A DNA stretch of 47,331 nucleotides from Kiritimatiellia bacterium (GTDB taxonomy: Bacteria > Verrucomicrobiota > Kiritimatiellia > CAIQIC01 > Lenti-01), in assembly GCA_034005635.1 (NCBI GenBank), contig JAVEUJ010000001.1:1-47331 (forward strand), in the 5' to 3' direction. The notes under the pieces were generated by a model that saw only the letters and a list, made by a program, of their open reading frames with translations, had not been told where the DNA came from and did not search any database. This document shows positions 28,968 through 36,184 of this stretch, in pieces. A program made the translations under genes and the position numbers. Each line of letters starts with the position of its first letter. Within the stretch, counting starts at the first letter, position 1.

Positions 28968-29288
28968 TTAGAGCGTGTGGCCGGGAGTAGAACAGACGGG
29001 CGGATCACCCTCGGGGGTTCCCAGGGTATACTCACCGCCGGACGGGCAGGCCGGGATTTGCGGCAGATACTCGGGAACCAGCGCTGCCAAGTTTTCGGGG
29101 AACCCGCCCTGTTCCGAGGCATGGCGTTTGCAGGCCTGGGAGATGGCTTCCAGATTCATGGCACATTCCGCCGTGTGCTGCTGGGTCTGGTTCTGAAAAA
29201 AGGCTGGCAGGGCGATGGCGGCTAGCAGCAGCAGAATCGCCACTACGATGGTGGCTTCGACGACGGTCATTCCAGAGTTGCGGTTCAT
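28968..29288 (-). CDS. Prepilin-type N-terminal cleavage/methylation-domain protein (pseudopilin-like)
   Basis: 106 aa. The N-terminus NSG|MTVVEATIVVAILLLLAAIALP has Gly, Glu at +5 and a hydrophobic helix, as in type IV pilin/T2SS pseudopilins. 4-nt overlap with the upstream thioesterase gene. Confidence 0.65.
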   Translation of the reverse strand: MNRNSGMTVVEATIVVAILLLLAAIALPAFFQNQTQQHTAECAMNLEAISQACKRHASEQGGFPENLAALVPEYLPQIPACPSGGEYTLGTPEGDPPVCSTPGHTL

Positions 29289-29674
29289 GCCAGATGCTCC
29301 TTCAATTGTTCGCGAATTGGCGCGGGGATGGGTAGGGGAGTACGCTGTATAAAATTATAATGGACAACGACGGCATGGCCCTGAGCGCTCAACTCTCCGT
29401 TTTGCCAAGCCTCTTGATGGACCGTAAACGACGATTGGCCGATCTCGGCGACGCGGGTACGAATTTCAATATCGGCCCCTAGCTGCATCGGTGCCAGAAA
29501 ATCCACATCGATGTGGGCCATGATGAGATTCCAGTGCTCGAGTTCCATTTCAGGATTAAAAAAGCGAAATAACGGCTCGCGCCCCAGTTCGAACCACATG
29601 GGCAAGCGAGTATTATTGATGTGACGCAGACCATCTACATCGCCAAACCGGGGTGTTATAATCTTGCTGAACAT
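29285..29674 (-). CDS. Acyl-CoA thioesterase, 4HBT/YbgC-like hotdog fold
   Basis: 129 aa. The N-terminal RFGDVDGLRHINN catalytic-Asp context is typical of 4HBT thioesterases. Confidence 0.75.
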   Translation of the reverse strand: MFSKIITPRFGDVDGLRHINNTRLPMWFELGREPLFRFFNPEMELEHWNLIMAHIDVDFLAPMQLGADIEIRTRVAEIGQSSFTVHQEAWQNGELSAQGHAVVVHYNFIQRTPLPIPAPIREQLKEHLA

Positions 29675-29857
29675 ATGGGGTCGTTGGTTTTGTTAATGAA
29701 AGGCCCGTATTAAACGGTGGACCTGCTCCCGAGTAAAGCGGAAAGCTTGGGTGAGCGGGGCCAGCCCACAGCTTGTCCGCCAAGAAAAAGACTTTGCGGG
29801 GCGTGGCAATCCGGTAGAGTGCCGCGGAACCAACCCTATTTTGAACAGGAGATTTCG

Positions 29858-30646
29858 ATGCTCAGAACGAAACGTTTCGACTATGTCCCCTTTGAACAGG
29901 TCCATCTGCACCCATCTGTGGCCAACCACCGGCCATTGCAGGAGGCCAAAGTCGCTCACTTTGCGGAGGACATTTTGCAAAACGGGCTATTGGAACCCAT
30001 CGTAGTGTGGGAACGCAATCCCGGCGAATACTTCCTGGTTGGCGGGTTCCATCGCCATGCGGCCATTCGGCGGATCCGAACAAAGAATCCGGGCTATTTC
30101 GATCGCATCGATGTACGGGTCGTCCAGGGTGATCTGGATGAAATCCAGGCACTGAACCTCAAGTTGAACGCCGACCGTCTCGATGCGCGCATCACGGATT
30201 ACTTCGATGCTATTTTGTTTATGTCCAACGCCAACTGGGACACAGGGCGCATTGCACGCTTTCTGGACAAGACCGAATCCTGGATTGAGGATATTTTACG
30301 TTACGCTCCGGGAATGGCCCCGCGGGTCCGGCATCTGCTGGAGCAGAACAAAATCAGTTGGAGCAAGGCCAAAGCTATTGGCAAAGCCGTGATGTCAGCG
30401 CCGCCCGGCGAAGAACGCGCGGTGCTGGAAGCTCAACTGGAGGCGCTCCAAAAGCCCGCGGAACCGTCTGCGCCCCGACCGCTGACCTACCGTGACGCCG
30501 TCAAGCGCTTAAAGAAGCGCGACGAGACATTCACAGTTTCCGGTCCTGATGTGCTGGCGCTTTTGCAGGTGGTCCGCTCCAAAACAGTTCCCCCTGAAAC
30601 CATCGAAAGGGTCCGTCGTGCCTTTCCCAGCCTGCTGGATTGCTAG
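29858..30646 (+). CDS. ParB/Srx-fold N-terminal domain protein with probable HTH
   Basis: Start at MLRTKRFDYVP (ATG 29858, AGGAG upstream). The string LLEPIVVWERNPGEYFLVGGFHRHAAIRRI matches the ParB/sulfiredoxin fold, but with GGFHRH in place of the ParB GERRxR box. The segment WDTGRIARFLDKTESWIEDILRYA looks like an HTH. Confidence 0.6.
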   Translation: MLRTKRFDYVPFEQVHLHPSVANHRPLQEAKVAHFAEDILQNGLLEPIVVWERNPGEYFLVGGFHRHAAIRRIRTKNPGYFDRIDVRVVQGDLDEIQALNLKLNADRLDARITDYFDAILFMSNANWDTGRIARFLDKTESWIEDILRYAPGMAPRVRHLLEQNKISWSKAKAIGKAVMSAPPGEERAVLEAQLEALQKPAEPSAPRPLTYRDAVKRLKKRDETFTVSGPDVLALLQVVRSKTVPPETIERVRRAFPSLLDC

Positions 30647-30685
30647 CCCGACGTGGTCATCAACGGGGAGGACTACAGAGTGATC

Positions 30686-30703
30686 CAAGCTAGGTTTAGC
30701 TTG
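30686..30703 (+). terminator. Hairpin after the ParB-like gene
   Basis: CAAGCTA-ggtt-TAGCTTG, 40 nt past the stop codon. No U-tract follows, so terminator function is uncertain. Confidence 0.25.
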
Positions 30704-30740
30704 TGAGAGGGCAGGGGGGAGGGTAGATATAAGGTTTATT

Positions 30741-31622
30741 ATGAAACTCAATCCATCCATTCCCATGCTCTGTGGCTTGGTGCTGGCACTCTCGCTCGGC
30801 GGAGGCTGCACCCTCATGCGCAAAGGTGCCGCCCGTATCATCTCGCCCATGGCCACACAGTTATCCGATGGCTTGATGCATCAGGACGATGTCGAATTAG
30901 TACGCGATGGTGCGCCGGCGTTTTTGCTGGTGCTCGATGCCCTCGCCGAAGGCCATACTGAGAATCCCACGGTGCTGCTGGCCGCGGCAGAAGCCCAATT
31001 AGCCTATGCTACCGGCTTTGTCGACAAAGCGAACCGAGAGCGGACCAAGAAGATGTACACCAAAGCCAAGAATTATGGTCTGCGAGTTCTGGCTTACCAC
31101 CACAAGCGGTTTGCCGCCACGCTGGACGGTACGTGCGCCGAGTTTGCCGAGTCCCTGAAGGGATTTCGTAAGAAGGACGCCCCAGCGTTAATCACCACTG
31201 CCACGGCCTGGGTGATGTGGATTATCGCCAATGCCGACTCTCCGGCGGCCCTGGGGGACATGCCCAAAGTGCTGGCAATGATGGAATGCGTTCGCACCCT
31301 GGATCCGGACATCCGGCAGGGTGGGGTCGATCTGTTCTATGGTATTTACTACACCGTGCTGCCCCTCGGGGGGGGCCGCGACTTAGACAAGGCGCGCGCC
31401 CACTTTGAACGCAGCATGGAGGTGGGGGGGGCCAATTACTTACTGAATCAGGTGACGTTTGCCGAGTTCTATGCCCGCTATGCCTTCGACCGCGATCTGT
31501 TTGAGTCAACCCTCACCACCGTAGTCAATGCCACACCCGACGTGCCAGAATATACCCTGATGAACGCGGTCGCCCAAATGCGTGCCCGCACGCTGCTCGA
31601 TGAAATCGACGAATTTTTCTAA
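30741..31622 (+). CDS. TatT-like TPR lipoprotein associated with a TRAP transporter
   Basis: Lipoprotein signal LALSLGGGC. All-helical TPR-like body. Its position directly upstream of dctP-dctQ-dctM matches the TPR-protein-associated TRAP (TPAT) layout first described in Treponema pallidum. Confidence 0.55.
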   Translation: MKLNPSIPMLCGLVLALSLGGGCTLMRKGAARIISPMATQLSDGLMHQDDVELVRDGAPAFLLVLDALAEGHTENPTVLLAAAEAQLAYATGFVDKANRERTKKMYTKAKNYGLRVLAYHHKRFAATLDGTCAEFAESLKGFRKKDAPALITTATAWVMWIIANADSPAALGDMPKVLAMMECVRTLDPDIRQGGVDLFYGIYYTVLPLGGGRDLDKARAHFERSMEVGGANYLLNQVTFAEFYARYAFDRDLFESTLTTVVNATPDVPEYTLMNAVAQMRARTLLDEIDEFF

Positions 31623-31637
31623 CGCAAAGGAGATCCC

Positions 31638-32636
31638 ATGACTATCCGCCATTTTTCACTTCTATTGGCCGTGGCCATCGCCGGCCTGACCGCTGTTCCG
31701 GCCCGCGCTCAAGTACGCTTGAATCTAGCTACCATGGCCCCTGACGGCAGCATTTGGATGCAGGCCCTGAACGATGCCAAGGCCGAGATCGAAACGGTCA
31801 CGGGCGGGGCCGTCAAGGTCCGCATCTATCCGGGGGGCATCATGGGCAGCGAGAAGGACGTCCTCTTCAAAATTCGCAGTGGACAGCTCCATGGCGGTGG
31901 GTTCATGGGTTATGCCATCAGCACCATCTGTCCGGATGCCGCGGCACTGATGTTCCCGCTGACCCTGCGCAACCACGCCGAGGCCGACGCCGCCTTGGAA
32001 GCCATGCGCGGATTTCTGGCAACGAATGCCCGTCAGAACGGATTTGAGGTGATGGGCTGGACCGAGGTGGGTTTCAGCTACGCCTACAGCATGAAGCCGT
32101 TCTCCAATCTGGAAGAGCTGCGCGCGACAAAGGTGTGGGGCTTGGATGCCCCCATGTTGATCGATCTGTTTTCTGCGGCCCATATTTCCTCGATCCCGGC
32201 CAATGTCACCGACGTGCTGCCATCGTTGCAAACCGGGGCGCTGGAAACCGTGTTTGGACCACCCACCGCCGCAGTGGCGGTTCAATGGCACACCCGTGTT
32301 CGCTATTATTATGAAATGTGGCTGACCTACTCCGTTGGCGGCGTCTTTCTGTCGAGCGCCGGGTGGCAGATGGTGCCCGCGCAACACCAGGAAAGTGTTA
32401 GGGCCAGCTTTGACAAGCATTGTCGCTTGCTGACGCCCAAGGTTCGCAAAAGCGATGCCGATGCGCTGGATTTCATGCGCCAGCAAGGAGTGGTGGCCAT
32501 ACCTGAAACAGCCGAAGGTCGTGCAGACTTTGAACGCGTCGCTGCTCTGGCACTCGAAAAAGTCAAAGGTAAGGTATTTTCGGCGGGAGCCTGGGACCTG
32601 TTGCAAACGACCTTGAAGAATCTGCGCGGTTCGTGA
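31638..32636 (+). CDS. dctP: TRAP transporter substrate-binding protein
   Basis: 332 aa. Signal peptide and a DctP-family pattern (LNLATMAPDGSIWMQAL...IYPGG..GSEKD). Followed by the Q and M genes. Confidence 0.8.
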   Translation: MTIRHFSLLLAVAIAGLTAVPARAQVRLNLATMAPDGSIWMQALNDAKAEIETVTGGAVKVRIYPGGIMGSEKDVLFKIRSGQLHGGGFMGYAISTICPDAAALMFPLTLRNHAEADAALEAMRGFLATNARQNGFEVMGWTEVGFSYAYSMKPFSNLEELRATKVWGLDAPMLIDLFSAAHISSIPANVTDVLPSLQTGALETVFGPPTAAVAVQWHTRVRYYYEMWLTYSVGGVFLSSAGWQMVPAQHQESVRASFDKHCRLLTPKVRKSDADALDFMRQQGVVAIPETAEGRADFERVAALALEKVKGKVFSAGAWDLLQTTLKNLRGS

Positions 32637-33175
32637 GCACCTGGCTGGCCAACATCTGTCGCCACAGCTGCGACTGGCTGGATCGCTTGGAGCGGGGCCT
32701 GTTGACGCTGCTGATGACTAGCATGGTGGCGCTGGCCGCGGTGCAGATCCTCTTGCGTAATGTTTGGCAGACCGGCTTCCAGTGGGCGGAACCTCTGCTG
32801 GGGATGGGCCTGCTGTGGTTGACCATGCTCGGGGCGCTGGCGGCCACTGGCCTGGGGCGACATATCGCTATTGATCTGGCCGCCGCGCTGTTGCCCAAAA
32901 AAGGCGCAATCTGGATCCGGCGAGCCATTGCCCTGTTTGCTTCCATCGTGTGTGGCATCCTCGCGTGGGCTGCCGGACGCTATGTCGGCTTCCAACGTAG
33001 CATGGCCATGGGAGACCTATTTGGCTGGCCGCAGTGGAAATTCTTCATGGTCATTCCCGTCACCTTCTGGCTCATGGCCATTCGCTTTGCTGGTCGGACA
33101 TTTTTGCCAGCCACGTGGCGTGCTACGGCCACGGATCTTGAGAGCTTGGCGGGGGAGGGGAGGGGCTCCCTATGA
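32633..33175 (+). CDS. dctQ: TRAP transporter small permease
   Basis: 180 aa with about four TM helices. GTG start overlaps the dctP stop. Position between P and M. Confidence 0.7.
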   Translation: MSTWLANICRHSCDWLDRLERGLLTLLMTSMVALAAVQILLRNVWQTGFQWAEPLLGMGLLWLTMLGALAATGLGRHIAIDLAAALLPKKGAIWIRRAIALFASIVCGILAWAAGRYVGFQRSMAMGDLFGWPQWKFFMVIPVTFWLMAIRFAGRTFLPATWRATATDLESLAGEGRGSL

Positions 33176-34434
33176 CCTGGTTTATTATCGGCGTTGCCCT
33201 GCTCGGTGTACCAATGTTTGTGGTATTCGGGGCTCTGGCCATGGTGGCCTATCATTCCAGCGGCATGGATTTTGCCATCGTTATTGGCGAGCTGACGCGA
33301 TTGACGAACATGCCGATGCTGCAGGCGCTGCCGATGTTTGCCCTGGCCGGCTATGTACTGGCTGGCAGCCGCGCATCTGAGCGCCTGCTGCGGATCACAC
33401 GGGCCGGTTTTGGATGGATGCCCGGCGGGCTGGCCATGGTCTGCATCGTGACCTGCACGTTCATGACGGCATTTACGGGCGCCTCGGGCGTGACCATTGT
33501 CGCGTTGGGCGGCCTGCTGCTGCCGGCGCTGCTCAAGGACGGCTACCGTGAGAAAGCCGCCCTGGGCCTGGTGACCAGTGGCGGCAATATGGGTGTACTA
33601 TTTGTGCCCAGCCTGCCTTTGATTCTCTATGCCATCATTGCCCAGCCCATTTCGCCCACGGTAACAGTCAACGCAGTTTTTCGCGCCGGAGTGCTGCCCG
33701 GTCTGCTGGCACTGGGCGTCCTGTGCGCGTATGGATTTTGGGCGGGTGTCAGAGCTCGCATCCCGCGCCATCCTTTCCAACGCCGCGAATTGGCGGCGGC
33801 TTTGTGGGAAGCCAAATGGGAGCTGCCACTGCCGTTTGTCGTCCTCGGCGGTATCTATGGTGGCTGGCTGGTCGCCAGCGAAGCGGCCGTCATCACCGCT
33901 GCGTATGTCCTGATTATTGAAGTGCTGGTCTACCGTGAAATCCCCATCCGCAAGCTCACCATTATTGTCCGCGACTCAGTCGTCTTGGTGGGTGGGGTGC
34001 TGCTAATTTTGGGCATGGGTATGGCCATCACCAATTTCCTAATTTTTGAGCAAGTGCCGCAATTGATTTTGGAGTGGGTAGGGGCACGTATCGAAAGTCC
34101 GCTGGTGTTTCTGATCACCCTGAATCTGTTTCTGCTGGTGGTTGGCTGCATCATGGATATCTATACCGCCACGATTGTTATTGTGCCGCTGCTGGCACCT
34201 ATGGCCATCCGCTACGGTATTGATCCGGTCCATCTCGCCATCATTTTTCTGGCTAATCTGGCCATTGGCTACAGCACACCGCCGGTCGGTATGAATCTCT
34301 TCATTGCCGCCATGCGCCTGAATCGGCCACTGATGAAACTCGCCGCGGCCTCGCTGGCGCTCATGGGGCTCATGCTGGGCATCTTAGTGCTGATTACGTA
34401 TTGGCCAGCACTGAGTCTGGCCCTGGTGAAGTAA
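33172..34434 (+). CDS. dctM: TRAP transporter large permease
   Basis: 420 aa, polytopic, with typical DctM strings (FTGASGVTIVALGGLLLP, YSTPPVGMNLF). Confidence 0.88.
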   Translation: MTWFIIGVALLGVPMFVVFGALAMVAYHSSGMDFAIVIGELTRLTNMPMLQALPMFALAGYVLAGSRASERLLRITRAGFGWMPGGLAMVCIVTCTFMTAFTGASGVTIVALGGLLLPALLKDGYREKAALGLVTSGGNMGVLFVPSLPLILYAIIAQPISPTVTVNAVFRAGVLPGLLALGVLCAYGFWAGVRARIPRHPFQRRELAAALWEAKWELPLPFVVLGGIYGGWLVASEAAVITAAYVLIIEVLVYREIPIRKLTIIVRDSVVLVGGVLLILGMGMAITNFLIFEQVPQLILEWVGARIESPLVFLITLNLFLLVVGCIMDIYTATIVIVPLLAPMAIRYGIDPVHLAIIFLANLAIGYSTPPVGMNLFIAAMRLNRPLMKLAAASLALMGLMLGILVLITYWPALSLALVK

Positions 34435-34445
34435 CCACCCAACGG

Positions 34446-34467
34446 GGTCGCGCAGCTAACTGCGCGG
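34446..34467 (+). terminator. GC hairpin just after dctM
   Basis: GTCGCGCAG-ctaa-CTGCGCGGC, 12 nt past the dctM stop. No U-tract follows. Confidence 0.3.
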
Positions 34468-34594
34468 CATAAACGCTAGTACGGGCACGGATAGGTTGCC
34501 GCTCCTCATCAGTGACTTTTTAACAAGTTATCGTCGGGGCGATAATCCTAATATAGTCGACTATACCACTACATATAGGTGGTCTATATTGCAT

Positions 34595-34622
34595 TACGCA
34601 ACATAATATGTATTATGCGACG
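34595..34622 (-). other. dif-like (XerC/XerD-type) 28-bp recombination site candidate
   Basis: The reverse strand reads ACGTCGCATAA-TACATA-TTATGTTGCGT. My hand alignment to E. coli dif (GGTGCGCATAA-TGTATA-TTATGTTAAAT) gives 19/28 matches. These include the inner CGCATAA and TTATGTT arms around a 6-bp centre. Located in an AT-rich convergent spacer. Confidence 0.3.
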
Positions 34623-34682
34623 TTCCTGTTACGCCCCCTACAAACTGGTTTATGGATGAGAAACAGATCCTTTAAATAGAAA

Positions 34683-34715
34683 CAGCCCGGCGGTACCGCG
34701 GGTACCGTCGGGCTG
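34683..34715 (-). terminator. Intrinsic terminator of the rubredoxin gene
   Basis: 15-bp stem CAGCCCGGCGGTACC-gcg-GGTACCGTCGGGCTG with one G.T pair, 17 nt past the rubredoxin stop. On the minus strand it is followed by TTTTCTATTT. Confidence 0.6.
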
Positions 34716-34732
34716 GACAGAGTATAGATTGA

Positions 34733-34891
34733 TCAGTCTTGGGCGATGAAAGAATCTTTACCTACGCCACACACCGGGCAAACCCAGGTGTCTGGGATAT
34801 CTTCAAATTTGGTTCCGGGCTCGATGCCACCATCGGGGTCGCCAACGGTGGGATCATAAACATAGCCACAAACTGTGCACAGATACGTCAT
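34733..34891 (-). CDS. Rubredoxin (52 aa, absent from the ORF track)
   Basis: My own translation of the reverse strand gives [52 protein letters not shown]. It has both CxxCG knuckles (CTVCGY, CPVCGV) and the canonical spacing and aromatic residues. A terminator lies downstream. Confidence 0.85.
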   Translation of the reverse strand: MTYLCTVCGYVYDPTVGDPDGGIEPGTKFEDIPDTWVCPVCGVGKDSFIAQD

Positions 34892-34929
34892 GGTTTTCTT
34901 CCTTGCGGGTTTTGGTTTTATTTTTAGAT

Positions 34930-36024
34930 TTAGAGGATTGAATCCCGGCTCGGTTGCTCACGTAATTTGGCCAGCAGTGCTTTGATGTTCTGGGCATGCG
35001 CTTTGTCGCAAACCAAGGTGACACCGTCCGCTTGAACAACCACAAGGTCACGAACGCCCACAAGTGCCGTCAGGCGCCCTTCGCTTACGATAATATTGCG
35101 GGTGCTATCGATCGCGGCGCAATCGCCCTGGATAGCATTGCCCTGCTCGTCGATTGGCAAATGCGCCTCCAGTGCCGGCCAGGAGCCGACGTCGTCCCAC
35201 GGGAAACGGCCCTTGCAGATGACGATATTGGCTGCCTTTTCCATCACGGCATAGTCAATGGATATCTTGCGCAGATCCGGAAAATCTCGTTCCAATGCCT
35301 GATGAAATTCTGCGTCATCTGCGCAGGCGGCCCAGACATCCATTCGCTCGGCCAGCGTCGGCTGGAACTGGGCGAAGGCGCTTTGGATGCTGCGAATCGA
35401 CCAGATAAACATCCCGGAATTCCAGGCATAGCGCCCGGTTTGCAGATAACCGGTGGCGGTCTCCCGGTCTGGTTTTTCGACAAAACGGCGTACGCGAAGA
35501 AATTCGATGTCGCCGCACGTTTTCCAGGACTCGCCCGCCTCGATATAGCCATAAGCGCTGCTGGGCTCTGTCGGTTCAATGCCGATGGTCAAGAGGACAT
35601 CCTCTTCCGCGCAAAGGGCCATTCCGCAGGTCAGGGTCTCGCGGAATACCGGCAAATCGCCGATAATGTGATCAGCGGTCAGTACCGCAAAGACGGCGTT
35701 GGGATTGCGTCGTTTGATCCAGGCCGCGCCCGCGGCAATGGCGGCGGCCGTATCGCGTCCAACCGGCTCGCCCAGCACGCCCACGGGACTCCCCTCCCCC
35801 AGCAAGTCTCGAATTGGCGCGACCAGCGCCGCGTTGGTTACGATCAATATCCGTTCGGGCGGCACTACGCCGCTAAGGCGTTCGACCGCCTGAACAATCA
35901 GCGGCTGACCACCGGCCAGGGCGAGCATTTGCTTGGGACGGCGCGCTGTACTCAACGGCCAAAACCGCTCGCCCTTGCCACCGGCCATGATCACGGCATA
36001 GAAATTTTCACTACTCATATTCAT
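34930..36024 (-). CDS. manC: Mannose-1-phosphate guanylyltransferase (nucleotidyltransferase only, no PMI domain)
   Basis: 364 aa. N-terminal [17 protein letters not shown] sugar-nucleotidyltransferase loop and overall ManC/CpsB-like length. An alternative ATG lies at 36018. Confidence 0.8.
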   Translation of the reverse strand: MNMSSENFYAVIMAGGKGERFWPLSTARRPKQMLALAGGQPLIVQAVERLSGVVPPERILIVTNAALVAPIRDLLGEGSPVGVLGEPVGRDTAAAIAAGAAWIKRRNPNAVFAVLTADHIIGDLPVFRETLTCGMALCAEEDVLLTIGIEPTEPSSAYGYIEAGESWKTCGDIEFLRVRRFVEKPDRETATGYLQTGRYAWNSGMFIWSIRSIQSAFAQFQPTLAERMDVWAACADDAEFHQALERDFPDLRKISIDYAVMEKAANIVICKGRFPWDDVGSWPALEAHLPIDEQGNAIQGDCAAIDSTRNIIVSEGRLTALVGVRDLVVVQADGVTLVCDKAHAQNIKALLAKLREQPSRDSIL

Positions 36025-36031
36025 TCACCAC

Positions 36032-36156
36032 TTTTCCACACTATGGAAAACTTTCTTCCACAGCATGGAAGATTTGATTGATACTTTTCCACGCTATGGA
36101 AAATAGTTGGCTCGGTTTTCCACACCATGGAAGATTTTCTTCCATACTGTGGAAAA
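36032..36156. promoter_or_regulatory. Array of five phased 19-bp palindromes (core TTCCA-N5-TGGAA)
   Basis: S1 36032-36050 TTTTCCACACTATGGAAAA. S2 36054-36072 TCTTCCACAGCATGGAAGA. S3 36085-36103 TTTTCCACGCTATGGAAAA. S4 36116-36134 TTTTCCACACCATGGAAGA. S5 36138-36156 TCTTCCATACTGTGGAAAA. Centre spacings are 22/31/31/22 bp. The repeat itself is certain; its function is unknown. Confidence 0.75.
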
Positions 36157-36184
36157 CGGGGGCTGGCGAGTATCGCGCCAGACC

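Noticed and set aside
34996-36081. 361-aa plus-strand ORF over manC, and similar long antisense ORFs (for example 2351..3481, 3905..4735, 17699..18340, 21115..21870, 25655..26386, 27169..27987)
   Set aside because: Each is fully contained in, and antisense to, a gene with clear family motifs. All have shadow-frame composition and none has a ribosome-binding site or recognisable domain.
36032-36156. Chromosomal replication origin (oriC), based on three perfect and several near TTTTCCACA DnaA-box-like 9-mers
   Set aside because: Every box is half of a palindrome whose other half is equally conserved, which points to a dimeric binder. There is no adjacent AT-rich unwinding element. The genes on both sides are on the same (minus) strand rather than diverging. 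No dnaA or dnaN is nearby, and a dif-like site lies only 1.4 kb away. DnaA titration or regulation is kept as an alternative in the finding.
36032-36156. CsrB/RsmZ-like sponge sRNA with ten GGA motifs
   Set aside because: In every predicted hairpin the GGA triplets lie in the stems, not in loops as CsrA/RsmA sites require. No flanking promoter or terminator for a discrete sRNA was seen.
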